From a virus, in the IMG/VR virus record IMGVR_UViG_3300035698_011044, positions 23,554 to 87,553 of that record: a stretch of DNA of 64,000 nucleotides, one strand, 5' to 3'. Shown here in pieces: positions 54,438 to 64,000 of the stretch. The notes under the pieces were generated by a model. It saw only the letters and a list, made by a program, of their open reading frames with translations. It was not told the origin of the DNA and searched no databases. Position 1 is the stretch's first letter. Each line of letters opens with the position of its first letter. The position numbers and the translations under genes were made by a program.

Positions 54438-57400
54438 CTAATCATTTATTGAAATTGACGTTCCAAAAGTAAATAGAATCTCTTTTCCATTTTCGTCAGC
54501 AACTCTTAGTGCTTCTGCATCACCATTAGAAAAGGCCTTTCTGTAGCCACGAAATCCGGCTGACGCAGAAACTGCTTTAAAAGAAGTTAATCCAGCTAGA
54601 GGATCTTCTAAAACAGTATACACTGACCCATCCCACTCAAATGTATTTCCAATATTATCTGTAGCCCAATTTTTAAATTCTTTATTAAAAGTAGCTTTAG
54701 CATAACCAGACTCAGTATACCCCTCGTATATATTTTTATTATAGTTAATTCCAGAAGTAACTTTGCCAACTGGAGACATCCATTTGGCTGACTCGTCAGT
54801 TGTTTTCTCACTATAATTCTTAGAATTAAAAACATTATTATCAAAACGGCTTGTATCTCCAGAAATCCCTGCGGGAGAATACTTTTTCATATCTCCAATT
54901 CTATAATTACTAATCGCAGCAATATTGTTTTTGTCTTGGAAATCTTTAGTAAAATTCAGTATTACTCCGTTCTTATCGACAACATATCCTTCACCGTCTT
55001 TCCATAAGCTTTTAAACTGATCTGAGGCAACATCGAAATGCTCGCCCTCCTTAAGAAAAGCTCTTTCCATTTGCAGTACAATTTTAGAGAGTAGTGTTGT
55101 GTCTGTTGCAATCTGTCTGTCTCCAGCAGAATCTAAGTATGTAAAATAGCCAAGTTCTCCAATATCTGTAATAAGATTAGATATCTTCATGCCATTTGGA
55201 GCCTCACCATCTTCTCTCCACTCTTCTGGAACAGTGAAATTTGAAACAAATTCGTCGGCAATAATAGCTACCTGCCGTATATCTTCAATGTTATCGGTGT
55301 TAGAGATGTAGTCGTCTATCTCTTTAATGTCTGCGAAAAGAGGAGCATTTTTTGAACCATCTACCCTGCCAAATTTATCTGTGACAAATTGCTTGATATT
55401 TGGATTTCCATTTTCATCGAAATAATCTGCACGTTCTGATTCACTAAGCTCATTCCACTTATTATCCATATCAGCAAATGTGATCGGCTTGGTGACAGTT
55501 TCACCATCAACAGTTGTACGCATACCAAAATCTGTTCCATTGCCGTCAACATTGACCTCGGTAGCGCCATAGTTTTCCGGTTTTTTGCCATCGGTATAGT
55601 TAATGTCGTTTCCGTTCCAATCTTCATAATTAAAATGCAGAGTTGGGTCGTCCCACGGAAGCATGTAAGTCTCGTCTTCGGTAAGATTTCCATCTTTGTC
55701 GATAATACCATTAACAAGCATATCATTGAATGCTGCCACCATATTGCCCCTGTTTTCTGGGGTATCTACATAATCTTTTGCCAGTCCTTCTGCAATAAAG
55801 GCATCAACATACTTTTCTGCCATAGGTAATACCTGGGCATCATGCACGGTCTTTATGTATTCGCTAATTTTGGCATCGCTTCCTTCGGCATTACGATCTA
55901 TTCCAAGATAAGCTGCAACTGCCTTTATGGTTTTATAGTCATCAAGCATATAATCAAGATCACGGTCATTACTCCTCAGTTGACTAACAAGAGACTCTAC
56001 TTTACCACCAAAGTATTCGTTTTTATCAGAAGAAACAGCATCAATACGAAGCATTATTTCTTTGTCAATATCTTCGTCAGTAGCATTTCCACCTAGTTCT
56101 CTATTTATCTGATCTCGAATAATTGGATCAGATATTATTGAATCATAATCTCTAGTAAGTAGCATCCCCATAACGCGTTCAGATACATCAATATCGCCCC
56201 TTTGTTCACGATTATAGTCGTTAAGAACTCCGCGAGCCTCTTCTTCGCTAAGTCCAAGCTGTTCTATTACATCAGGAATAGCAGCCTCTCCACCAATTTT
56301 AAGCATCTCAAGAGCACTCTCATACTGGTTGACGCTAAGGTTGATTTTAGCTGCACGCTTTGCAATATCAAGTGAATCTATGTTATACTGGTCTTTCTTT
56401 GTTTGATAAGCCTGCTGCTCTGTTATGTAGTTGAGATCGGGAACATCCCCACCAAATATTTTAACGTGCTCCGTTTGGAGTATCCTTAATCCTTCGGCAG
56501 TTGTGGGATCATGTGTCTCAAGAAGATGCTTCCATTCTCTATCTTTGAGATCATTATCGTGAGTCTCTTTTCTCTGGTAAAAATCTTCCATGCTTCTAGC
56601 TTGAGTAAGAATGTCGAGAGCTGCCGCGTCTGCTCGCCCCTGGGCATTAACGACAAGATCACCAACCAGGTTAGATCGACCGATTGCATAGCCTCTTTCG
56701 AGCTCCATTGAAAGTCTGTTTTTGGCTCCAGATGTCATGTTTGGATCCGCATTGATTCTTTGGAGAGTAGCTTGAGTATTTGCAGCACTAGACGCATCAA
56801 ATTCTGCGAAATAGTTATTCGCGATAGTTTTATCAACTTCACTTAGTCCATTTGAGATATCTACAAGTTTCTGAAAAGCCTCTTCTGCCTTCAGCTCATA
56901 AACAGATGGTGGATCATCGTCCTGTTTAGGAATATCTGTTCCAGCTATCTTAGTATTATCTTTACTTACTTGCGGAGAAAGTCCACCCTGCATAACCTTA
57001 CCATCAGCATCAATCTCTACCTTGTCTCCATTTTTAAGAGTATAGGTGATATTACCCTTGTCATTTAGTTGGGGAGGAACCTGAAACTTCTCATTTGTAC
57101 CTTTGAGAAAATTGAGTCTCTTGATTTGAGTTTCGTAATCAGTCCCTCCGGTGATATCTCCCAGGTAGTCTTGAAGCTGCGAAGGTTTTTGGAGCAACTC
57201 TGTCTGCTTCTGCCTTATAATATTAGAAGCGTTTTCGGCATGGTATTCCCCAGAACTCTCTGCTGCGGTATCAAGAGACTCTGAAAGCTGTTTGCCATAA
57301 TCTGAGCTTTTTTCGTAGGTAACAACACCTTCGTCATTTATACTTCCACGCTTACCATCTTTTCTGGTGAACATGACAGTCTGACCATCATCAGCGATAT

Positions 57401-58628
57401 AGGGCTGTACTTCAAATTCGTTAGATCCATCCTTGAGATAATCAATCATGCCGGGAAGGGATCCGTCAATATTCCCAGATGATGCCTGAGCAAGCTCTAT
57501 CATTTTACCCTGGAAAGAAGCGTGGTTTTGTACGATCTTTTCAACCGGTATACTTATCTGTCTTGCTGCGCTCTCCGATCCAGCCTGAAGAGATTCAGAA
57601 AGCTTTTTTCCAAAGTCCTGGCCTTTTGCCCAAATAAGAGACCCGTCAGCTTTGAAATACCCCTTACGCCCTTCTGCGTTTGTAAACATAATAATTCCAG
57701 AAGCAACTAACTCAGGTTCTTTTTGCCATTTCTCACCTGACTGTTTCAGGAAATTAACTATTTTGCTTGTGGCATTATCTGGACTCATATCAGCTACAAG
57801 TCTCTTCATATCACCCCCGGCTTTATCAAAATCAATAGCACTTGACACAAAATCGTCAGAAGCGCCGTAGCTCGGAATAGCACCAGGAACCTCTGGCTGT
57901 TTAGCCATAGTTCTTCTTCTTGGTTCAGAGACAACTCTACCCATTGGAACTGTTGTTGCTGTGGGCTCTGGAATAGCTGGTACTGGAGCCGCTTCTTGAA
58001 CAGGAGCCGGAGCGATAGTTGATTGCGGAACTTGAGATGTAGTCTTTTGGACCGGAGGAACTGTGTCCCCAGGTTTTATAGGAGTAACCATGTCCGGAAC
58101 AGGCTTCGGAGCACCAGTGCTTATCGGAGCTGGAGCTATCGTAGATTGTGGGACTGGAGCTGGAGCAGGCTGTCCTTGGGCTGGAGCGATTGTCTGTGCA
58201 GGAAGTTCAGTTGGATTATATCCGCCATCCTGATACCTGCGCATACCGCCACACTTGTATCCAGGAATACCATTCTGCTCAACTTCGCCTAAGCGAGCCT
58301 GTTGATCTTCGGTTTGAGCTTGGGAAATACCTGGCATGCCATCGGACGGAGTAATAATACGACCGCCTGGAACCTGATCAACAATTTCGTCTTCATGATA
58401 CATGGCTGGATTTCTACCACTATTATCCATAGCTGCAGGTTTGCTTGGCTCAACTATACCGTTTTGTCCCGCACCAGTATAATGTGGACCCTGCATTCCA
58501 CCTATAGTAGAAAGACTCTGGCGCGGAACTTGCGATCCTCTACCAGCGCTACCTATGATCGTTAATTGATCGGGAACCTCAGACTCTTTTTTAGCGTAGT
58601 CTACTGCCCATTTTGGTTTCTTCTGCAT
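54438..58628 (-). CDS. large probable internal virion/ejection protein with internal repeats
   Basis: 1396 aa; Pro-rich TIAPAP repeats, three related ~45-60 aa units, helical middle. Confidence 0.6.
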   Translation of the reverse strand: MQKKPKWAVDYAKKESEVPDQLTIIGSAGRGSQVPRQSLSTIGGMQGPHYTGAGQNGIVEPSKPAAMDNSGRNPAMYHEDEIVDQVPGGRIITPSDGMPGISQAQTEDQQARLGEVEQNGIPGYKCGGMRRYQDGGYNPTELPAQTIAPAQGQPAPAPVPQSTIAPAPISTGAPKPVPDMVTPIKPGDTVPPVQKTTSQVPQSTIAPAPVQEAAPVPAIPEPTATTVPMGRVVSEPRRRTMAKQPEVPGAIPSYGASDDFVSSAIDFDKAGGDMKRLVADMSPDNATSKIVNFLKQSGEKWQKEPELVASGIIMFTNAEGRKGYFKADGSLIWAKGQDFGKKLSESLQAGSESAARQISIPVEKIVQNHASFQGKMIELAQASSGNIDGSLPGMIDYLKDGSNEFEVQPYIADDGQTVMFTRKDGKRGSINDEGVVTYEKSSDYGKQLSESLDTAAESSGEYHAENASNIIRQKQTELLQKPSQLQDYLGDITGGTDYETQIKRLNFLKGTNEKFQVPPQLNDKGNITYTLKNGDKVEIDADGKVMQGGLSPQVSKDNTKIAGTDIPKQDDDPPSVYELKAEEAFQKLVDISNGLSEVDKTIANNYFAEFDASSAANTQATLQRINADPNMTSGAKNRLSMELERGYAIGRSNLVGDLVVNAQGRADAAALDILTQARSMEDFYQRKETHDNDLKDREWKHLLETHDPTTAEGLRILQTEHVKIFGGDVPDLNYITEQQAYQTKKDQYNIDSLDIAKRAAKINLSVNQYESALEMLKIGGEAAIPDVIEQLGLSEEEARGVLNDYNREQRGDIDVSERVMGMLLTRDYDSIISDPIIRDQINRELGGNATDEDIDKEIMLRIDAVSSDKNEYFGGKVESLVSQLRSNDRDLDYMLDDYKTIKAVAAYLGIDRNAEGSDAKISEYIKTVHDAQVLPMAEKYVDAFIAEGLAKDYVDTPENRGNMVAAFNDMLVNGIIDKDGNLTEDETYMLPWDDPTLHFNYEDWNGNDINYTDGKKPENYGATEVNVDGNGTDFGMRTTVDGETVTKPITFADMDNKWNELSESERADYFDENGNPNIKQFVTDKFGRVDGSKNAPLFADIKEIDDYISNTDNIEDIRQVAIIADEFVSNFTVPEEWREDGEAPNGMKISNLITDIGELGYFTYLDSAGDRQIATDTTLLSKIVLQMERAFLKEGEHFDVASDQFKSLWKDGEGYVVDKNGVILNFTKDFQDKNNIAAISNYRIGDMKKYSPAGISGDTSRFDNNVFNSKNYSEKTTDESAKWMSPVGKVTSGINYNKNIYEGYTESGYAKATFNKEFKNWATDNIGNTFEWDGSVYTVLEDPLAGLTSFKAVSASAGFRGYRKAFSNGDAEALRVADENGKEILFTFGTSISIND

Positions 58629-58655
58629 ACAAAAGCTCCTGTATTTATAATCGAG

Positions 58656-59012
58656 TTATCGACGTAATTTTAACCCTGCGACTGAAACGCCAGCATCAGT
58701 ATATGCTTTGGATGTAATTGCTGTAGTGCCAACATAATACTGATAAACTTTCGTAACATTTCTAATTGCCATAAGAGTTGGTCCAACGATAAGGACCTCT
58801 GTTTTTGAGTTCCCGCCAGCATCCCCATAAGAGATTTTGCAGATCCCAGAAACGTCGGCGTAAATGTATCTGCAGTTCTGCATGGATGGAGTAGCATCTC
58901 CAGCCGAAGCATCTACAGACTCATGCTCAATACTAGGCACGGTTAATCGATCTGCGTTGTTGCCAGTGTCATCAGCCATTCCCTTAAATTCTTCGTTTGT
59001 TGCACCCATCAT
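58656..59012 (-). CDS. putative virion structural protein
   Basis: Beta-rich small protein in the structural cluster. Confidence 0.5.
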   Translation of the reverse strand: MMGATNEEFKGMADDTGNNADRLTVPSIEHESVDASAGDATPSMQNCRYIYADVSGICKISYGDAGGNSKTEVLIVGPTLMAIRNVTKVYQYYVGTTAITSKAYTDAGVSVAGLKLRR

Positions 59013-59023
59013 TATCTCCTTAT

Positions 59024-60112
59024 TTATGTTCTATCTTCTATAAAACAATTTGCCAATACCTGCATTTCCAGCAATCCAGACAAGTCATCTCTTATTGTTA
59101 TTCTAAGTTCATCTCGACTCTCAGGTTTTAGTACAAGAGGAACAGGGAATGTCCAATCGATAAACAGACAAGAGTTAGTCCCGTCAGAAAAACTTTGCGT
59201 CCCCGCCTTAGGCCATTTAATTAAGTCGAATATATTATCCGCTATCCATGAGTTTGCACGAGATTCCTGGACATAATTTTCAACTAGGATTCCATTTGTC
59301 AATGTGGCAGCAAGAAGCTTGTTGTATGCATACCCTGCCATTGTTCCGTCTGATACCGCACCAGACATAACATCAGCAAAAGCAAATCTTAGACTTATAA
59401 TATGTAGCCATGTTCCTTTATCGGGCTCTACATTAAAACTTATGTTTTCGCCAGACTCTTCTAGCTCAATGTTATCCATATAGAACTTGGGGGATTTACC
59501 GCCCTCTCTTGTAGCAATCTCAAATCTAATGGCGTCAATAGTGCCAGTGGTCAGCCCCATATCAACTAACGGAATTGCGACAAATTGCCAAAGATCATAA
59601 GTACCATAGCTAAAATAGTCTTCTAGCGCAACGCTACTCCCAACATACCCAACGCCAACGTCATAACCCTGAATTACCACAGAGTCTCCCGCCAACCAGT
59701 CCTTGTCCACATATACCCACAGCGTAAAAGCAGCATAACCAGATACGGTTATATCTGTTCCAGCCTCGGCTATCTGAACAATATCGCCAATGTTACCCTT
59801 GTCCCACTTGATACTTTTTGTTCCAGCATAAGCTTGATCGGTACTATCTTCAACAGCTTTAGTCCCTACGGGTTCTGAAAAAGTCTTATACGTGTCATCA
59901 GTACCATTGTGGAAATAGATGGGAGTTCCGCCAAAAGCAGCGTTCTGGTTCATATCTCGGCCATAAGTATCATTGTCCAAGTAATAAATATTTGGAAGAT
60001 ATGTTTTTTGTGGCCGAGTAGCTACAGCAAGAGATTTAACCTCACCATTACCATTAACGACTTCTGCAACATCTCCGTTTTTAATATCCGCTATATAGGT
60101 ACTAAGAGCCAT
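59024..60112 (-). CDS. putative virion protein with beta-sandwich/carbohydrate-binding-like domain
   Basis: GTKSIK...LWVYV...WQFVAIPL...FYMDNIEL pattern. Confidence 0.55.
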   Translation of the reverse strand: MALSTYIADIKNGDVAEVVNGNGEVKSLAVATRPQKTYLPNIYYLDNDTYGRDMNQNAAFGGTPIYFHNGTDDTYKTFSEPVGTKAVEDSTDQAYAGTKSIKWDKGNIGDIVQIAEAGTDITVSGYAAFTLWVYVDKDWLAGDSVVIQGYDVGVGYVGSSVALEDYFSYGTYDLWQFVAIPLVDMGLTTGTIDAIRFEIATREGGKSPKFYMDNIELEESGENISFNVEPDKGTWLHIISLRFAFADVMSGAVSDGTMAGYAYNKLLAATLTNGILVENYVQESRANSWIADNIFDLIKWPKAGTQSFSDGTNSCLFIDWTFPVPLVLKPESRDELRITIRDDLSGLLEMQVLANCFIEDRT

Positions 60113-60115
60113 TTG

Positions 60116-60691
60116 TTAAGAAACTTCATTCTTATGGAAAAAGTAAAGAACGGTTCCCCGTATATTAGTGTCTCCGCCTACAGCCCAGATTGAGAATGTC
60201 CCGTTCTTAGGAAGAATCATAAGTCCTGGGAAATCATAATACTTGCTATCTCCAGCATCATTAATCCAAATAGTCTGCGTTTTTGCGCCTCCGCTTAATC
60301 CAGTGATATCGACTGCGCCATCAGAGATATTAGAATAACACAGCACATCAGCAACCTCTCCACTGGCAACATTAAGATTAGCGGCAACAAGATCTGTGCC
60401 ATTTGTCTTTACAGCAGTTCCGGTGTCCCCCAAATTAAAGTATACTTCTTCTCCGCCACTTGATTGCAACCAAAGGCCTTGAAGAAAAAGCTCTTCGGAG
60501 TCTTGATTCTTGAGGTAAAAAATACAGTCGCCAGCACCATCAGGATTAACTCCAAAGTCTACAGAAAAAGCCTTTTGGTGGTCGTGATTAGAGTGTGGCG
60601 CCACTCCTCGAGTAACAGTTGATGTCATAAGTCTATTTTCGTCATTTACACCCGCTGGCTTGCTGTTGCCTAATCCACTATTGATCAGCAT
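60116..60691 (-). CDS. putative virion structural protein
   Basis: Beta-rich ORF in a coupled cluster. Confidence 0.55.
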   Translation of the reverse strand: MLINSGLGNSKPAGVNDENRLMTSTVTRGVAPHSNHDHQKAFSVDFGVNPDGAGDCIFYLKNQDSEELFLQGLWLQSSGGEEVYFNLGDTGTAVKTNGTDLVAANLNVASGEVADVLCYSNISDGAVDITGLSGGAKTQTIWINDAGDSKYYDFPGLMILPKNGTFSIWAVGGDTNIRGTVLYFFHKNEVS

Positions 60692-60912
60692 ACATCCTCC
60701 TCGGCTACATCGCTATGAGTTATTTCGTTATCAGTTATTAATTCAAATTGCATATTCATCTTTACAAGCTGACAAAGAATCCTGTTTAAGATATCTTTCT
60801 CAGAAACAGATTCTGTCTTAATTTCACCCTGACTATTAACGCCAATATCCGCGCCGCTCCCACCAGCATCGATTCCTGCTATTCTCGTCTTTGATGGATG
60901 CCGTGTTATCAT
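60685..60912 (-). CDS. small hypothetical protein
   Basis: Coupled ORF. Confidence 0.5.
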   Translation of the reverse strand: MITRHPSKTRIAGIDAGGSGADIGVNSQGEIKTESVSEKDILNRILCQLVKMNMQFELITDNEITHSDVAEEDVC

Positions 60913-61235
60913 TTCGACAGCGCCCCACTAATCCTCATATTGACATCGCCATTACTCGCATATCCCTGAATAGTAGCCTTCTCAGACAAGACTTGCCACG
61001 TGCCATATTCAACATGCTCGTTAGGCTCAATCACAAATTTGTATAGAAATGCGTCAGTATCATCAAGAGTTTCGCCACTTTCTACTAAATACAGGTAAAC
61101 ATCGGCATTAGAACTGCCTTTATTTGTCATAGATATCTGTTTAATTTCAGCATACTGACCCGTTGCAATAGTGGCCAAAGTAGCTACGCTGCTTCCCAGA
61201 GTTCCGCCGTAGAATTTTTTAGGTGTAAGTGGCAT
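60909..61235 (-). CDS. small beta-sandwich virion protein
   Basis: IKQISMTN...VYLYLV...MRISG pattern. Confidence 0.6.
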   Translation of the reverse strand: MPLTPKKFYGGTLGSSVATLATIATGQYAEIKQISMTNKGSSNADVYLYLVESGETLDDTDAFLYKFVIEPNEHVEYGTWQVLSEKATIQGYASNGDVNMRISGALSK

Positions 61236-61487
61236 TTACATCTCCGAACACATGAGGGAGTTAAGCCGACTATCAGTCCGCTCTCTTTCCATATAATCTA
61301 ATATATCGCTGATTGAAGTGCTATCTCCAATACGACTTTGTGTCTTCCCTGTAATATGCTCCATGTCAGACTCTAGTCGGATTACTTTCCGCCATAGGTT
61401 TGTTACATTCTTTTCAACATTATCAACCCTAATTTCTGGAGGCTGATTCCGATTGGTTTTGACAGCATTATTAATGCTTTTAGGCAT
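61236..61487 (-). CDS. hypothetical protein
   Basis: Coupled ORF. Confidence 0.5.
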   Translation of the reverse strand: MPKSINNAVKTNRNQPPEIRVDNVEKNVTNLWRKVIRLESDMEHITGKTQSRIGDSTSISDILDYMERERTDSRLNSLMCSEM

Positions 61488-61489
61488 AT

Positions 61490-62953
61490 CTATATCCCAG
61501 GCAAAACAATGTCTCCGGAGTTCCCGTCAACATCATTAAAGTAATAAGTTCGTGCACCAGAACTAACTGCAGCATTAAATGCACGGAGATCGAATATATC
61601 AACAATTCCGGTCGGAGTAATAACCATATCCCCAGATTCAGTAACCGTTTCAGCATACCCCAAAGTCCAGCCACCAGAAGTATCGTGAATAGTAAGCGCT
61701 ACAGCGTTTCCGCCAATAGTCAAACCAATCGTACCTTGATACCATAACATAAGAGTTCCGCTAGACAGGCTTACAGAGCCTAAATTTTGCGCTGTGTCAA
61801 ACTCTATAGCAGAGTTCGTGTTGCCATCTAATCCAGCAATACGAGTGATCCCTATGAGACTGAGAGGGATTCCAGTGTACCGATTAACAAGGTTGTTGCG
61901 ACTATATCCCAGCCAAAGAGTCGGACAAGCTAACTCTCTCTGCCAATCATCGTGATTCATTAGCATATTGTCAGGAGCAGCAGGCGTATCCATGACTACA
62001 TATTTTTGGATACGTTCCATAACTCTAAACTCAGCTTTGTTTCCGACAATCTTTGAGTAAATGCGATTCCCTTCAACCTTTTTGTCATAGGAGATCATGT
62101 GTTTTGGGATACTGATATCTGCTGCTGTAGCCTTTGCTGTAGTCTGCTCGCCATCAGTAAAGATAGATATGTCGAGTTCTAGTCCCGTAGGGTATCCATT
62201 TGCATCATACCCTGAAGCGCCTCGGTTATCTTCGTTGATAGGTCTTGTAAAGAAATGGTTCCGATTTGAGCGAAGAAAATAGTCTTCTTCTTCACCGGTG
62301 TCTTCACGAAAAGTTACTTCCGGAATAATATCAGTTCCACCACTCCCACTTGTATCAACCTTATCTTTCCAAACCTTGGTCTGGCCACTTCCGGAGGGAC
62401 CATTAAAAGTTGTGATATCATAAAGCATTCCATCACGATAATCCATTACTAGCAAATGAGGATAATAGCTTTCGTCATATACCGAGATAACGCCTACTCT
62501 CCCCTCGGGGAAAGGAAAACCATCTCCAGAGCACTCAGAAAAACCAAGTCCTTGGTCAGTGTTAAATCCATAACGGAAACATTTGCCAGTTTTGGAAACA
62601 TCTCTACCAGAACCTCCAGATGCCGCCCACGGATAAAGGGTAACATAATCCTCCTTGGTTTCAGTTTCAGAGTTGCCTTTCTGGTCTGTTACAGTGTGGG
62701 ATATCGTATATTTCCCAACCATAGAATAAGCGTGCCTAGGATTCTGCTCTGCAGATTGTTCGCCATCACCAAAATCCCACAAATGGGTATATGTTTCTAC
62801 GCTTTCCACAAGAATTACTTGTGAAGAATAGTAGTTCCATAGCAAATGGGCACGATCAGTATCATCAATTCCCAGACTTGGTGTCGGAGGAAGAGAGCCC
62901 ATGATTGAGAAATTGATGGCCCTCCTCCGTTTTTTAGCAGTGTCTATTGCCAA
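61490..62953 (-). CDS. PKD-domain virion protein
   Basis: LWDFGDG..S.EQNP.HAY...GKYTISHTVTD. Confidence 0.75.
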   Translation of the reverse strand: MAIDTAKKRRRAINFSIMGSLPPTPSLGIDDTDRAHLLWNYYSSQVILVESVETYTHLWDFGDGEQSAEQNPRHAYSMVGKYTISHTVTDQKGNSETETKEDYVTLYPWAASGGSGRDVSKTGKCFRYGFNTDQGLGFSECSGDGFPFPEGRVGVISVYDESYYPHLLVMDYRDGMLYDITTFNGPSGSGQTKVWKDKVDTSGSGGTDIIPEVTFREDTGEEEDYFLRSNRNHFFTRPINEDNRGASGYDANGYPTGLELDISIFTDGEQTTAKATAADISIPKHMISYDKKVEGNRIYSKIVGNKAEFRVMERIQKYVVMDTPAAPDNMLMNHDDWQRELACPTLWLGYSRNNLVNRYTGIPLSLIGITRIAGLDGNTNSAIEFDTAQNLGSVSLSSGTLMLWYQGTIGLTIGGNAVALTIHDTSGGWTLGYAETVTESGDMVITPTGIVDIFDLRAFNAAVSSGARTYYFNDVDGNSGDIVLPGI

Positions 62954-62954
62954 G

Positions 62955-64000
62955 TTAAACTCCCGTTATAGCTTCAGCACGAGTAAATAGGATTCCGTTA
63001 TCAGTCAATCCCCACCTGGAGATTTCAGTTGTTCCATCGTCAGCATAGAGAACCTTAAGCGAACTTGTGGCTGTCACAAGATTTCTTTGCAGCATATAGA
63101 GTAAGGACATGCAATCAGCAAGAGTAGTCTCTGCCACAGGAACACCCTGAGTAAGAGCGGCTACATTATAGCTTCCGTCTAGTCCGATCGCAGCACCAAC
63201 CTCAACCTTAATGACGGCAGCTTCAGTAGCATCTATTCCGCCATCAGCATCTGTTGAGCCGCTCAAATAAGCTTTGGATGGGAGCTTGGCCTCTACAGCG
63301 TTAACTCCTGTGTCAATATCCGTAAGAGCTCCTGCGTTAGGCAGAGCGTCTGTTACGGCCTTTATGGCGTCTATCTCGTCATCCTTGTCGGTAACTACTG
63401 AGCTTCCCATGATATAATTAGTAGGAAGTTTAGCTTGCGTTTCATTTGTATCCGCAAGAATAGAAGTCACATTGCCCTGCATTGTCGTTATGGTTCCTGG
63501 AATTGTGGTTGCGGTGTCAATTAGAATCGCAGCAGTATCAACCTTGATTGCATCAACTACAGTGTCTACCGTTGCAAGATTAACCGCAGTTGCAAGACCT
63601 GACTGAATTTCAGTTACCGCATTTGCTGCTAGTGCATCAGCGTCTATAGCGTCAGTGGCTATTGCCGTAGCAGTAATCGTATTAGCGGCCATTGCCGTTA
63701 CATTGACTTCAAGACTATCAGTCGTAGTGGCATCTAAGTCTTTGCCAGTACCCTGAGCCTCAAGTTTCATGCCGTTTCCGTTATTTACTCCACCCTTAGC
63801 ATAAATGCCAGAATAAGCTCCAGATCCAAGAGTGTTTATGCCATATCCATTTGAAGATTGAGCAACGATTTTGATTCCATCACCTGTTGCTCCACCGCCA
63901 CTAGTTATTTGTAGGCCATCCCCTGTACCTGAGGCGGCAACAACAAGACCATCTCCATTCGTGGCCTGAGACGTAATATTGAGACCATTTCCTGTAGCAC
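62955..64000 (-). CDS. tail fibre/spike-like structural protein, 5' end outside the window
   Basis: Frame stays open upstream of 63770 to the window edge with G-x-G repeats (GNGLNI, GDGLVV, GDGLQI, GDGIKI), then an Ala/Thr/Asp-rich coil. Confidence 0.6.
   Translation of the reverse strand, partial: ATGNGLNITSQATNGDGLVVAASGTGDGLQITSGGGATGDGIKIVAQSSNGYGINTLGSGAYSGIYAKGGVNNGNGMKLEAQGTGKDLDATTTDSLEVNVTAMAANTITATAIATDAIDADALAANAVTEIQSGLATAVNLATVDTVVDAIKVDTAAILIDTATTIPGTITTMQGNVTSILADTNETQAKLPTNYIMGSSVVTDKDDEIDAIKAVTDALPNAGALTDIDTGVNAVEAKLPSKAYLSGSTDADGGIDATEAAVIKVEVGAAIGLDGSYNVAALTQGVPVAETTLADCMSLLYMLQRNLVTATSSLKVLYADDGTTEISRWGLTDNGILFTRAEAITGV

Noticed and set aside
625-62824. Plus-strand ORFs in the ORF track
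   Set aside because: All lie antisense to well-supported minus-strand genes and show no recognisable motifs.
1-64000. Genome-wide TAG recoding, suggested by in-frame TAGs at 9744, 15492 and 31466
   Set aside because: TAG ends many clear genes at expected positions (dnaB, ATPase, methyltransferase), long genes contain none internally, and no suppressor tRNA is visible. Only local readthrough remains possible.

Overview
A 64 kb segment of a tailed dsDNA bacteriophage genome with essentially all credible genes on the minus strand. In transcription order (64000 to 1): virion structural genes (G-x-G repeat protein, PKD-domain protein); three probable internal-virion/ejection proteins; a 4428-aa polyvalent protein (GGDEF-like cyclase, HExxH peptidase, two ADP-ribosyltransferase-like domains and unassigned modules separated by a recurrent short linker motif); holin-like gene and Amidase_3 endolysin with a terminator; recombination/replication genes (Cas4-like nuclease, ERF, NinB-like, DEDDh exonuclease, initiator, DnaB, SMC-like ATPase, SSB); a patatin; an HTH repressor; many small accessory ORFs; small and large terminase; a Gp49-family protein in frame with an HNH chimera; a ThyX-like gene; and an 8 kb cluster of about six glycosyltransferases and four SAM methyltransferases. 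Non-coding signals read from the DNA include a type II hammerhead ribozyme, seven sigma70-like promoters, two families of repeated operator-like sites, a duplicated 109-bp element with an IHF consensus, and a 10-bp tandem expansion that breaks a small gene. No integrase, tRNA, CRISPR array, portal or major capsid gene was recognised. All family calls come from motif recognition by eye, not database searches.
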